Assembly (NCBI RefSeq): GCF_006345805.1
Contig: NW_021823634.1
Coordinates: forward strand, 1-21,854
Source of the DNA: Octopus sinensis
Taxonomy: Eukaryota
Length of the DNA stretch: 21,854 bases
Reading direction: 5' to 3'
The notes below the pieces were generated by a model. The model did no database searches. It worked only from the letters and a program-made list of their open reading frames with translations, and had not been told where the DNA came from. This document shows, in pieces, positions 9,144-18,821 of this stretch (its first letter is position 1; each line of letters opens with the position of its first letter). A program made the translations under genes and the position numbers.

Positions 9144-11199
9144 CCTATTAATGATAGTGGTAAGACCATAGAGGGTCTATTTCTAGCATATGGGTGTCCA
9201 CTTAGTGGTCATCCCTCTTATATGTATGTAGTATAATTTTTCTATATGCTAGACCACTGGTTTTAAATTGATATTAATCAAATAAATATTTAATTTTTCA
9301 CTCGTATTATTTAAGACCGATGATAAAAGTTCTTTCTATTTCTTACAAAATATTTTGTTACTAACACCATACAAATTGCTTTTATCGTTCACACCTTATG
9401 CAGAATTTATTTCTTTTTCGAATGATGCAGGCAATAACAATTTTTATACAGCTTGAAGAATTCTAATACTAAATTAATATAAAGGTTTCAAAATTAGTTT
9501 AAGAACATGTATGCAATTTTTTTTGCCAAAATGGATGCTCACGCAACGAGCCTAACTGTACTAAATAGTGTTATAGTTTAATGTTATTATACAATTGGGG
9601 GCTAAAACTCAAAACAAAACGAATAATTTTAGACATACGCGTAACAATTAAGAAAAAAAAACCGAAAGGCTAAAATTTAGGGTGAGGGTTAGTGACAGGC
9701 TCAGTTTTAGACGCAGCAAATGATTTTAGCTAAATAGAGGCAATCGATTGGTTAAAATTCGAAAAATTAAACTACGTTAAACAAACAAATTACAATTTTC
9801 TCAAGAAAACCAAGAGAAAAAAATGTTTTATTTTGACACATTCTACCAGTATACGAAGTTTAAAAGTGTTTAGTTAACTAGAAATTGTGTTGAAAACTGC
9901 TGTTCAAAAGGAAAAGATCCGAGCAAGATTGTATGGAAGACCAGCAATTACTCATACAAAAGTCTTCCTTCATCATGCCGCCTACGTTGCAAAGGCCGAT
10001 ACATCTTAACGTCAGTGTCGTTGCAGAAGTTGCAAGATCGAAGATAAAAACAACATCGGACTAATTCGTAATTATTTTTTGCTTCTTTTAAGTAAAACTG
10101 GTACTACAGCTGAGCTGATAATCACTTCGCTGAAATTAAAATAAATAAATAAATAAATAAATGCGCACAACTGGATGTAAAGTCACGAATGGATTAAATT
10201 AAGCGCAACTCTGTTGGATGCGGTGTTTATCATCATCTTCCTTATCATTGTTTCCAATTTTAGTGTGTTTATAACTGATACAAAATACAGTCCTTTCTGT
10301 AAACGGTTCTATATTTATCACAAAGAAATCCTCTTGTTTCCTGTCAGTGTTCCCCGTCTCTTTGTCTCATTAACAGCAATCTGGTTTTATTTTATCTTTT
10401 CCCTGACAGTAATGTTATGTCGATAAAGTTTCAAACACGGTATGGAAAAGGATGCTTATTAATCTTACAGAGTGGGTAATATTTCACTTTCTCTATAACT
10501 TCCGTTTCTTTTTCGGAAGTATAATTTAAAATAAAAAAAAGTACAGTTAAAAGGAAATTGTTAAAAAAACGCCCTCCTCGGAATTTTAGGGCAAAGGTTT
10601 TTCAAATGACGCCCAATATTAAGCATTTAAATTCCGAACGGAGAACATTCAAGAAAAAAATACTAAATCTTGCTTTTGTTTCTCACTGCAACCATTTCCT
10701 GTGTCTGCTCAGTATCTGTTTTCGTACACGACATTTCCTCATCGTTTCTTCATGGTTTCTCGTCATTTCCTCCTTTGCGGCACTCGGTTGTTTTTTTGTT
10801 TTGTTTGTTTATCTTTTTTTTCTGTATCACAAGTTGTACACGAGTATTCCAATAACATACTTAACATCCAACGAGAGACAATTTTCAAAAGTACCGATGT
10901 AGATTCTAAGTAGTCGCTTGACCTGTTCAACGTTATTGCAGTCAAATTATGTGATAAGTCCTTTAACCTGTTAAGTCAGTGGTAAACCATGAAGACTTCC
11001 TCTTCGTGCACCTTCCTCCTCACACACAACGTTTTCTTCCTTGACTAAGGACCTCATCTGCAACATCTCATTTTAGTTCATCTCACGGCTACAACAAGTA
11101 CTTCTCTTTCTTTTCGTGAGAATTCGTGCTGTTCTTATCATGGGTATGACTTTAAACAGCATCCAATATGGGAACTCTAGTTCGGGAATTACAGATAGA

Positions 11200-11430
11200 C
11201 CGCTTCCGACAAGCAGAGGTCAATGTAGTGTCGGTAGAACTCACACGAATCAGTCTAGTGACTTTTACAGATGCAGTAATGGGAGATGGGGTGCAACACC
11301 ATCCAAGATGCAGGAAGAGCATTCTCTTATGGACTTCACCAGAGCTTTGCAGAGAATCAACAACTGATCAGGTTTGAAGTACTTTCAGTCTCCGAAGAGA
11401 AAAACCAATCTTTGTGATAGAATCTTTGAT
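11200..11430 (-). pseudogene. Highly decayed LINE RT C-terminal remnant (CR1/L2/Jockey group)
   Basis: Broken frames read KYFKPDQLLILCKALVKSIRECSSCILDG (compare L.LYKA.VRP..EYCS.IW.G), KVTRLI and FYRHYIDLCLSE (compare FYRYY.G.CS.E). There are many stops and shifts. Confidence 0.55.
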
Positions 11431-12669
11431 GAATTAAGGACTTGTGCTCACCGAGAGAGAGTCTTGGTGGTGGTGAGACCTAGCACTTAAAGCGATTGTG
11501 ATAGTTCAGCTGCATGCTGTTCACATTTAAAAAGCACAAGTGATTTACCCTTATGTTTTATTGTATATAGTAACTGTGTCCTTTTGCTCTTGTAACGAAC
11601 TTAGTGTGTGTGAATATATTCTCTTTTACGTCTGCGTCTTGTTGTTTCTGACTGGTAGAATTCTGGATTATTAAAGCAACGGCTAGTGATTGCTTTCTTG
11701 TACCCCGAAAGTACAAGAGAATATATTCACACACACTAAGTTCGTTACAAGAGCTTTGCCAGACCAAAAAACAGCAAGAATATGCCAGTGGTTGAGCGAT
11801 TATATGCCTCGTTCGTACAGGAACAAAAGTATGGCATGCTGGCGCGTTATAATGGACAAACAACCCTCTCTATGTATACGTGACCGACCTAGGGTCTATA
11901 GAAATGAGGTGTGTCCACAAAAGGCAAATTCAGCATGGAAAAAAAACAAGCGAGAAAAGCATGTGTGACGTATGTATGTGAGAGATAGCATTTATGTGTG
12001 TGTACGTGTGTGCGACAAAAATACAACAAGGTGAAATGCGAGCAAAAATTAAAAAAATACAGTGCATAGACAAAATGTCTCTCGGGGCTATTCCAGACAA
12101 GAGTTAATTTACCAGTCTGTAATAGCCTGATGCACAATAGCAGTTCGTTCTGTAACAGAATGTTGAAATCACAAATGCAGATGCCGGTTGAACACAATGT
12201 GTAGCGGTTGTAGCTTCGATGCTGTGACAGGTTAACTGGGTACAGAAGAAATCTCGTAGATAGACGGTGCTGTTAATCCTTGGTGTGCATATGCACATAC
12301 AGCATGCACGCTAAAGCTCCGCGAGTTGCTATGTACATCTTGTGGCGGTCGACGGTGTTGAAAGGCGACGGTGGTGGTGGCGACTGTAGTGGACTTGAGA
12401 CAACATCGTTCTTAGTGATGATGGCGACGAAGATAACGACGACGTGAAGTAGAAAGACGACGATGGCGATGACGAAGGTGGAGAAAAGGCATCGTTGATG
12501 TGATGGCGTTCGTCATCATGTTGAAGAATAAAAAGGTTCCTTCTATAACTGTTTGTGGTGACCGGAAAACAAATCGTCGAAAGATGAATACGTAGAGTTA
12601 ATCGTGTTCCGACTTCGCAGAAAAACTGGATTTTTTTTGTTGTTCAGTGATCTCTGGTTTTAGACCAGA

Positions 12670-12687
12670 ATCACGTCGGGGTCACCA
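12670..12687 (-). promoter_or_regulatory. Primer-binding site complementary to the tRNA-Trp 3' end
   Basis: The minus strand reads TGGTGACCCCGACGTGAT, 1 nt from the LTR end. The plus strand ATCACGTCGGGGTCACCA equals the metazoan tRNA-Trp(CCA) 3' 18 nt including CCA, as recalled from established knowledge. Confidence 0.9.
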
Positions 12688-12688
12688 G

Positions 12689-13290
12689 TGTAACGAACTT
12701 AGTGTGTGTGAATATATTCTCTTGTACTTTCGGGGTACAAGAAAGCAATCACTAGCCGTTGCTTTAATAATCCAGAATTCTACCAGTCAGAAACAACAAG
12801 ACGCAGACGTAAAAGATATATATATACTACTTTATTCTCTAATGTGGTAACAGTAACAATAAGTGGTTATCTGGTATCCCTTTGGTATAAATGTGTCAGT
12901 GCTGAACCTTATCGCTGTAAAATAAGAAAGTGTTCAAATGCAAAACGACACTGGTCAAAGATGGCGTCCGGAACAGGGAGATGTGGTCTGCAACAATTTG
13001 GTGAAAACCTTCGGCCGACTGCTATCAGAGCTGGACAGCGAGAAAATATACGTCCGTCGCCTTCGGTCGCTGCTGTCCCAAGTCGCCGCTGACTGCTGCT
13101 AGTGGTCAAACGTTCTACGACCCCCTTGCCGTGGCTAACTACCACGTAGGCAAAAGGGTCGTGCTTCCGGTGGTTCGCGCATGCGCGAGAGGGCCCTTCC
13201 TTTCTGTGCCTTGGTGAAGGCACCAACACTCGCACGCGCGAAATAGAAAATGGACGGTGCGCGCGCGCGCACCGTTATAGGATCACTACA
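12689..13290 (-). repeat. 5' LTR (TGTAGTGATCC...TAAGTTCGTTACA)
   Basis: It is immediately followed by the PBS. Its terminal 128 bp are repeated at 11622-11749 and its terminal 35 bp at 11591-11625. Confidence 0.78.
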
Positions 13291-13784
13291 CTCTTAAAAG
13301 TGACGAAATTGAAGTTCGGGGATGTTTTTGACGTTTCTATTCATGCAATCAGAGATTTAGCGTAAGGTGTTGGTGAAAAAGATTAAGAAGCAATGAAGGG
13401 TGGTAGGAATAGGCGGTGTTGAAAGCGACGGCAAGTAGGCAGTTGATGTTTGCTTTTCGCGAAGCGTAAGTTATCTGCCAATTTTCTATATTTTTTGCTC
13501 CTTACAGAATTGTCTCTTGCTAACACAATCGTCTGATGTTCATGTTAGGTATGTTATTGGAATACTTTTAAACAACTTTTTACATAGAAAGAGAACTGCC
13601 TAGTGTCGTGAAGGTGGAAATCAAGGAAAAAAAACAAATGAGGAAAACTGCATGTTAGCATTCGAACTGCTAAAAATAGCAAACAAATATCCCTCAGATC
13701 ATACTTTATACCTGCTAAGCACTTAATCCTGCGTGCTAACAGTTCCGCCAGCTCACTACCCTAATTTTTTTTTCCCTTTTCCTT

Positions 13785-13974
13785 CTTTCTACTTTAGGCA
13801 CAAGCCCTGAAATTTTGTGTGGGGGGGGGACTAGGCCATTACATCAACACCTATGTCCAACTGGTATTATCTTATCGACCTCGAAAAGAAGAAAAGCAAA
13901 CTCGACGTCGGCGGAATTTGAATTCGGAACGTTAAGAAATGCCGCTAAACATTTTGCCCGGCGTGCTAACGTTT
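13785..13974 (-). mobile_element. tRNA-head SINE, head truncated at AAACGTTAGCACGC
   Basis: Body, B-box variant and tail match the other copies. Confidence 0.8.
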
Positions 13975-14141
13975 ATTAGAAGGCAGTGAGTCAGCAGAAT
14001 TGGTAGCACGCTTCCGGTGTTTCACAAGGTGTACGTGAGTCAGTTTGACGGTGATTTTCAGTGTAAACATCGTTTTGTTTTTGTTCAGTGTTTTTTAAAA
14101 ACCCTTTGTTAATTGTTTTTGTGCTGCTTTGCAACTATTTA

Positions 14142-14660
14142 GGAAAGAATTCCGCCCGTCCCCCCCCCCACTCCATTTTCTCCCAAATTTGTTTATTTTT
14201 GTAATTTTTTTTTTTTGCCAAAAATGCCCGTTTTTGGATACGGAAGTTCCGGAAAATTGTCAAAAATCGGCATTGTGAAATTCTGCCCCGCGCCTTTTAC
14301 CCTCAACTTCTTCAATTTTTACCTTTTCCCCCAACACTAGCCCTAAAACCGTAACCGTAAATACAGAAATGTTTTGAAATTTTTGTCCGAATCATGATGT
14401 CCGTATTTTTCCGCATATTTAGAAAAAAATTTCTTAAAAATAAATTTTACAATGATTTTTGGAAATTTTTTTCAGAATCATAATCTCAGTATTTTTCTGC
14501 ATATTTGGGGGTGAGGGTGATAATTTAGAAATGTCGATTTTTGCCAATTTTTTTGCAGAATCGTATTCCCCGTAGCCGAAAAGGGGGAGGGGGTTGTGTC
14601 GAAAAAAGAAAAAAAATTTTTTAAGGGTGGTTTTTTTGGGGGGGGGGGCGAAGTCTAGCC
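14142..14660. repeat. Imperfect ~500-bp foldback (possible nested MITE) in the element's 5' region
   Basis: 14253-14282 matches the reverse complement of 14522-14551 at 25/30. Poly-C and poly-G runs lie at mirrored ends, and there are internal ~45-bp direct repeats at 14376-14420 and 14462-14506. Confidence 0.5.
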
Positions 14661-14702
14661 ACAATTTGTGTTTTCTCTCCTCTCTTTTGAGGAGAGTTAG
14701 CT

Positions 14703-16052
14703 ATGGCGAAAATGAAGTCTGTGTTTTTTCAGACCTTAGTTGGTCTGAACTATCGCCGTCAGAAGAAGAACTGCTTAGAGCAGTAGGAAAAATGGATGAA
14801 ATAATTAAGAAAGATGAAAAAAAGAAAAACTTCGCGGAAGTGACAAGACAGAAGGAAGAGCAGATTAACAACAAGAGAATCAGTAATTTTTAAAATTTGA
14901 CCTGTAGAGAGTTTTACAACGTGGAGTTGTCCCCTCCAAAGGAAACGTTGGAAGGTATCAGAAAAAAAAAACAATTACATACAAAACATTCTCAACGAAA
15001 GCAGGTAGGATTGAAAATATAAATACATGCCAAATAGAAAACGTACTAAGGCCCATGTGGCAGGATATAGTCTTTGTAAGGAGAGGAACGAGATTTGGTA
15101 CAGTGGCGGTGAGGTTTGCAAAAGAACAAAACGCAAAGAAACAGGCAGCAAAGACAAAGAACGAAAAAGAGGTGATGTTGCCATATAAGTATATGGGCAG
15201 AAGGGTAACAAGGATAAAGTTGAAGGTATTCCACCAGAAATAGACGTGATCTGGGTAGCGGCCACAGTCCTCAAAGGAAGTGAGGACGATATAGCGGTGC
15301 TTCAAGCCACAGGAACCAGATGTGGAGGGGAAAGACACTCAAGATAACAGCGCACGCATCAGCGGTAACCTTGGAAACGATAACAGAAATGGTCTTGTTT
15401 GATGAAGCAGACATGAGGATCAAGGTGAAGGGCAGAGTCCCAAGATGCTACAAATGTGATCTAAAGGGCCACATTAGAGCGGACTACCCTTCACCGCCCG
15501 AGAAAAAAGTGGAAAAACAGTTGAAGAAAGCAGAGAAACCTGCAGAGATATTAGAAAAAGAGGAAGAGAAACTACCAGAAGAAGAAGCATGGTAAGTTTG
15601 AACTCTTAACCCCACCCCACCTATACCCTCTCAGACCCTCCCTTTCCCCATATACACCGAGCCTACCCATTCCCCTCCGACACGAAAACAAAAAAAGAAG
15701 CATACACACAAGATCTCTAACTCCCCCCCCCCCGACAAAAAAGACATGTCCAGTAATCATGATTGACGATTCAAACGAGGATTTGTGTAAAGAAATACTC
15801 AAGTTGGATGACTTTAAGGCGGTGGGAACCGAAGGGTTTGATAATGTTAAGACGCCGCACCATTGTGTGCTACCTACGGAAGAACTGTTGGAGAGATTAC
15901 GGAAACATAAAAGTGGATATAGGTGGTGGGAGATAGAGATGGATAGGAAGGAGCTACCGGGATTTTCGACATACGTTGAGGACATTCTAGAAGGAACAGG
16001 GTACAAAAATGTGATAAAGGGTAGAAATGGGGTCGTCCAGAAGTGGGGCTGA
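14703..16052 (+). pseudogene. LINE ORF1 (gag-like) protein, frameshifted: RRM-like region, CCHC zinc knuckle, charged and Pro-rich linker, C-terminal domain
   Basis: Stitched frames read KKNFAEVT, GTVAVRF, YMGRRVTRIK/VEGIPPEIDVIWV (shift near 15219), and GRVPRCYKCDLKGHIRADYP (C-x2-C-x4-H-x4-Y at 15446-15487, last Cys mutated). Confidence 0.8.
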
Positions 16053-17396
16053 GTGACCCCATTCCATTTATTCATTTTCACGTTATCATTCATTTTGTCA
16101 GACGTTTGTTTTCTTCATTCGTCGTTCTCTTCCCCACATGTGATGTGTTGGCTCCCTGGTGGACAATAAAGAATCAAGAATCGGTAGCACGCCGGATAAA
16201 ATCCCCAGTGACATTTCGTCCGCCTTTACGTTCTGAATTCAAATTCCGCTATGGTTGACTTTGATTATCATCCTTCCGTTATCGATAAAATAAGTACCAG
16301 TCGAGCACTTGAGTCGATATAACCGATCATTCTTATCTCCCACCCCAACCCCAAATTTTAGGCTTTGTGCTTTTATTGAAAAGAATTATTATTTGAGTAA
16401 CGGATACAAAAATACTTCACAGACAAAACCAAATTAGTAGTTGAAGATAAAGAATACTGCAGCACTTGAAGTCTTGGTTAGTAATATGTGAGTCTTAGGT
16501 GTATAACTTTTTTATGTCATCAGAAGTATCAATCAATATAAAGGCAGGCATTGCTACCACAACATTATTAGAAATAGTAGATTAAATTCCACAAGACTGA
16601 GCGACGTAGAGCAAAAAGTGAGATGCTGTCTAATCAAAGCTGCAGCTTCATTTTCGTTCTTATTTGAAGCCCTTTTCATTTTCATGAGGCCTGTAATATT
16701 GTGGGGAAGGAACACGAATGTGTAAATATCGGACGTTTTGCTAAACAAAAAAATAACCAAGTTAATGTCTTTTCTTCAATGCATGATTATTTCCAGTTTT
16801 TACTTAACGCTCACTTCGTTAAGTATTGTCACAAACATCACTGTTGTTTTTCACTGTTTGATTTATTTCACTTTTTAATATGTTGATTTTTCACGCATAA
16901 TCACGTACCTCTTCTGATTGCTTCGCTCATCACTACTTAGTTATGCAACAAACATACAGCAAAGTATATGCTTCGTTAAGATCTACTCCTACAGAAACAT
17001 GTGCAGAGCTGGCTTTTATACATGTCAAAATGACCAAAATAATATTAATCATTGAGCTAATGATGAATTTTCTCCTTACCGCATAATCATTCCTAATTAG
17101 TTTTTTTTTTTAAATCTTATTTTTTTCCATAAACGTTGAGGTCATTCTGTGTCAAAGGGCTTTAACTCTGTTCAAACTAAGGGAGAAAACTGTTTCGTTA
17201 TTGGTGCTTCGTTACCTTAGTAACAAGCAACCACCAAGCGTTGTTAATTGCCCTGGTGAAATCTTTATTCGAAATTAAACAACAAACTGTTTGTTTTTGT
17301 TAGGTATGTATTTACTATAAAGCCCATAGTGTGTTGCTGCTAAGATATCAATTCTTTTGAGAGACTGCTGTAGAAACTGTTCCAAATTCAAACGAT

Positions 17397-17405
17397 TATA
17401 TATAT

Positions 17406-17457
<52 letters not shown>

Positions 17458-17482
17458 ATATGTGTGTGTGTGTGTATATGTA
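17397..17482. repeat. (TA)n/(TG)n microsatellite
   Basis: Read directly from the sequence. Confidence 0.95.
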
Positions 17483-17929
17483 TCTCAATTGCTAATATAG
17501 CAAATGAAAGCTTGTCTGTTTTGTTTTGTTATTTTATTTTGCTATTCTTGGACCTCTTGAGTAGGTGTGTGTTTCTACGATTTCGAGTGCATGAATGTTT
17601 GAAATTCTCGTAAGACTGACTTGTACGTCTATAATATACGAGGTAGTATAAACACATTTGTTTGTGAGTTTCAGTTCCAAAGACTGAGTTGAAATAATCT
17701 TAAACCTGAGAATGTGTGCGTGCCCTGGAGTGTGTTGTATGTTTTAGTATATAAACTGCCGTATTGTATTGCATTTAAACTTTATCATAAATAAATAAGT
17801 ATTTATTTATTCATTCATTTGGTATGTATATTTGTATTTCGTATGTCTATACTTATTCTCTGTTAAAGTAATGGTTTTGTCGAACATCCAACGTGCACCA
17901 TCTTATGAGTATATTTGCATTTTTGTTAT

Positions 17930-18045
17930 GTTCAAATCTCACCTGAGATAGTTTTGGGCCTTTCATTCCCTGGATCAAGGCATGTACTGGAATCCATTTA
18001 ATCGACTAAACCTACCTCCAAATTTCTAGCCTTGTTGCTCGGGCA
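17930..18045 (+). mobile_element. Degenerate SINE fragment
   Basis: Contains TTCAAATCTCACC...GCCTTTCATTCC...AATCGACTAAA...CCAAATTTCTAGCCTTG, similar to the SINE body and tail. Confidence 0.5.
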
Positions 18046-18200
18046 GAATTCAGTTTGAGGGAGATTTGATTGCCACTTTTTGCGGGTCGAATGACCACTT
18101 GAGGGCGTCTCCATTATTTGTATTATGGTTTGATATATTCATAGAACAATTTCGTAGAAACCATGCTCTAAAGTTGTTCCTGATTTAACCTCAGCTTTAT

Positions 18201-18497
18201 TCATCATCATCATCATTTAACGTCCGTTCTCCATGCTAGTACGGGTTGGACGGTTCGACCGGGGATCTGGGAAGCCAGAAGGCTGCACCAGGCCCCAGTC
18301 TGATCTGGCAGTGTTTCTACAGCTGGATGCCCTTCCTAACGCCAACCACTCCATGAGTGTAGTGGGTGCCTTTTACGTGCCTGGCGAGGCTGGCAACGGC
18401 CACGATCGGATTGGTGCTTTTTACGTGCCACTGGCACGGAAGCCAGTCAAGGTGGCGCTGGCATCGACCACGTTTGGATGGTGCTTTTTACGTGCCG
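18201..18497 (-). mobile_element. RTE-type LINE 3' end or RTE-tailed SINE, with (GAT)n tail
   Basis: The minus strand has GGTTGGCGTTAGGAAGGGCATCCAGCTGTAGAAAC and ends CCGTCCAACCCGTACTAGCATGGAGAACGGACGTTAAATGATGATGATGATGA. Three internal GGTGC(C/T)TTTTACGTGCC repeats start at 18365, 18413 and 18480. The family call is from recall, not a search. Confidence 0.65.
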
Positions 18498-18821
18498 GGT
18501 TTTAAATTCTAGTTGCTTGTATTGACTTCACTTTTCACCCCTTGTGGGGTTATGTAACACTCTTGCACATAAATAGCCAGTGGTGATATGGCTTTTAGAC
18601 AAGATAAAAAAACATTTCAGTTTTCTGAGTTCTTTCACATTTTCTCTTATATTTCAATGATCACAGTATAGTATCATGATCTAGTCATATGGTATTTAAC
18701 TTACAAAACAATGTCGTGATTCAGTATTGTAGAAACCTCTCTATCTAGCTAGATTTCTATATTTCTTTGTCTTTCTGGAACATATATCTTCTCTTGTTAA
18801 CAATCATTAAAGGGTCTTGTG

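Larger units (their letters stand above)
11591..13290 (-). mobile_element. Non-coding or internally deleted Gypsy-like LTR retrotransposon
   Basis: The ends are TGTA...TACA, with a 4-bp TSD CTCT at 11587-11590 and 13291-13294. It has a 602-bp 5' LTR, a tRNA-Trp PBS and a partial, rearranged 3' LTR at 11591-11749. No gag or pol motifs were recognised inside. Confidence 0.78.
14012..16176 (+). mobile_element. ORF1-only L1/Tx1-type non-autonomous retroelement (HAL1-like)
   Basis: It has a 16-bp TSD (15/16), a ~690-bp 5' region, a broken ORF1 at ~14703-16052 and a 124-nt 3' UTR with AATAAA at 16165-16170. No APE or RT motif is present. Confidence 0.8.
13979..16393 (+). mobile_element. tRNA-head SINE split by a 2.17-kb insertion (pieces 13979-14011 and 16177-16393)
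   Basis: The head AGGCAGTGAGTCAGCAGAATTGGTAGCACGC resumes at 16177 as AGAATCGGTAGCACGC-CGGATAAAAT...TTCAAATTCCGC, followed by body, tail and ATTATT. Confidence 0.88.

Noticed and set aside
9677-9692. TTAGGG-TGAGGG-TTAG as a telomeric or interstitial telomere array
   Set aside because: There are fewer than three degenerate units, so it is more likely part of an unclassified repeat.
11116-11377. Two plus-strand ORFs (83 and 69 aa)
   Set aside because: They are antisense to the decayed LINE remnant and have no recognisable motif.
12104-12298. Cys-rich 64-aa minus ORF as an EGF-like exon
   Set aside because: The cysteine spacing does not fit, and it lies inside the LTR element interior.
12670-12687. 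tRNA-Trp gene
   Set aside because: Only the 3' 18 nt including CCA are present, next to an LTR, so this is a PBS.
12689-12852. Short 164-bp LTR ending at GGTAACA
   Set aside because: No TSD matches at that end, whereas the end at 13290 gives TGTA/TACA and a CTCT duplication.
12958-13092. AAGATGGCG (YY1/Kozak-like) start of a host gene
   Set aside because: It lies within the LTR, and the ORF is short with no donor or homology I can recognise.
15592-15597. GTAAGT splice donor rescuing the ORF1 stop at 15593-15595
   Set aside because: There is no convincing downstream acceptor, and ordinary decay explains the stop in a copy that already has several frameshifts.
16815-17214. TTCGTTA occurring four times as a regulatory cluster
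   Set aside because: It is a short AT-rich motif with irregular spacing and cannot be distinguished from chance by eye.
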